NCBI GenBank assembly: GCA_964353135.1
Contig: CAYGTV010000001.1
Location: 151,138 to 215,137 of the forward strand
Reading direction: 5' to 3'
DNA length: 64,000 nt
Source of the DNA: an uncultured Candidatus Saccharibacteria bacterium
Lineage (GTDB): Bacteria; Patescibacteriota; Minisyncoccia; Phycocordibacterales; UBA918
The notes beneath the pieces are model-generated. The model ran no database searches and was not told where the DNA came from. It saw only the letters and a list, made by a program, of their open reading frames with translations. The position numbers were made by a program, and so were the translations under genes. Below are positions 63,779-64,000 of this stretch, piece by piece. Numbering within the stretch: the stretch's first letter is position 1; each line of letters opens with the position of its first letter.

Positions 63779-63787
63779 CCAAGTAGC

Positions 63788-64000
63788 TTACGCAGTTACT
63801 GGGAGAATGTTCACAACTTTTTTAGTTGTCTTTTGTCCTGTGAAGGTAATCTTTCGCTTGTTTGTGAAAGACACAACTCCCTCTGTGACTGAGTATAGAG
63901 TGTGGTCTTTTGCGACTTTAACCCCGGTACCAGCTTCAATTTTTGTTCCGCGTTGGCGGACGATGATTTCTCCGGCCTTCACCATTTGACCGTCTGCACG
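63788..64000 (-). CDS. rpmA: 50S ribosomal protein L27, C-terminal part; the N-terminus lies beyond the window end
   Basis: [27 protein letters not shown] aligns with L27 [22 protein letters not shown]. The reading frame continues to the edge of the window. Confidence 0.8.
   Translation of the reverse strand, partial: RADGQMVKAGEIIVRQRGTKIEAGTGVKVAKDHTLYSVTEGVVSFTNKRKITFTGQKTTKKVVNILPVTA

Noticed and set aside
1-64000. CRISPR arrays, rRNA genes, integrase and transposase genes
   Set aside because: No regularly spaced direct repeats, no rRNA-like conserved blocks, and no DDE- or tyrosine-recombinase-like ORFs were seen on either strand.

Overview
This is a gene-dense 64-kb chromosomal segment of roughly 47% GC. 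Both strands are used, intergenic spacers are short, and there are many GC-rich intrinsic terminators. It looks like a small-genome bacterium. Several features fit a CPR/Patescibacteria-like (possibly Saccharibacteria) or other reduced lineage, but that assignment is inference only. Those features are a ProRS lacking the editing domain, a class I LysRS, many extracytoplasmic enzymes with N-terminal TM anchors, a soluble T4CP-like ATPase, and frequent leaderless starts. Read left to right, the window contains: fmt (partial), def, a hypothetical gene, priA, and an unusual HTH::MurA fusion. Next come a standalone mreB paralog, a cupin, and a three-gene cluster of a T4CP-like ATPase, an acidic protein and a Pro-rich protein. 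Then holB-like, frr, rseP, proS, mreB-mreC-mreD-mrdA, greA, class I lysK, and an H-NS-family gene. A partial dcw cluster follows (mraZ-rsmH-ftsL-ftsI-murF, but no murE or mraY), then a BI-1-like gene, a secreted repeat protein, engB, trmB-like and yeaQ-like genes. An AT-rich accessory stretch of about 5.5 kb ends at a tRNA-Glu(CUC). It carries an asparaginase-like N-domain gene, a GlcG-like gene, NUDIX, a lipoprotein and an AIPR-type abortive-infection gene, with tRNA-derived repeats at the tRNA end. The remainder holds a FAD-linked oxidase with a Lys-rich N-tail, a Pif1-family helicase beside a DUF45 metallopeptidase, msrAB, yrbG, truB, yqeY, rmuC, rplU, recR, a secreted ClpP-like gene, dnaB, cysS (variant HIGH motif), ctpA, rplI, a cyclophilin and rpmA (partial). 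I found no rRNA, CRISPR array, integrase or transposase. One tRNA is present. ORFs that mirror real genes on the opposite strand were discarded.
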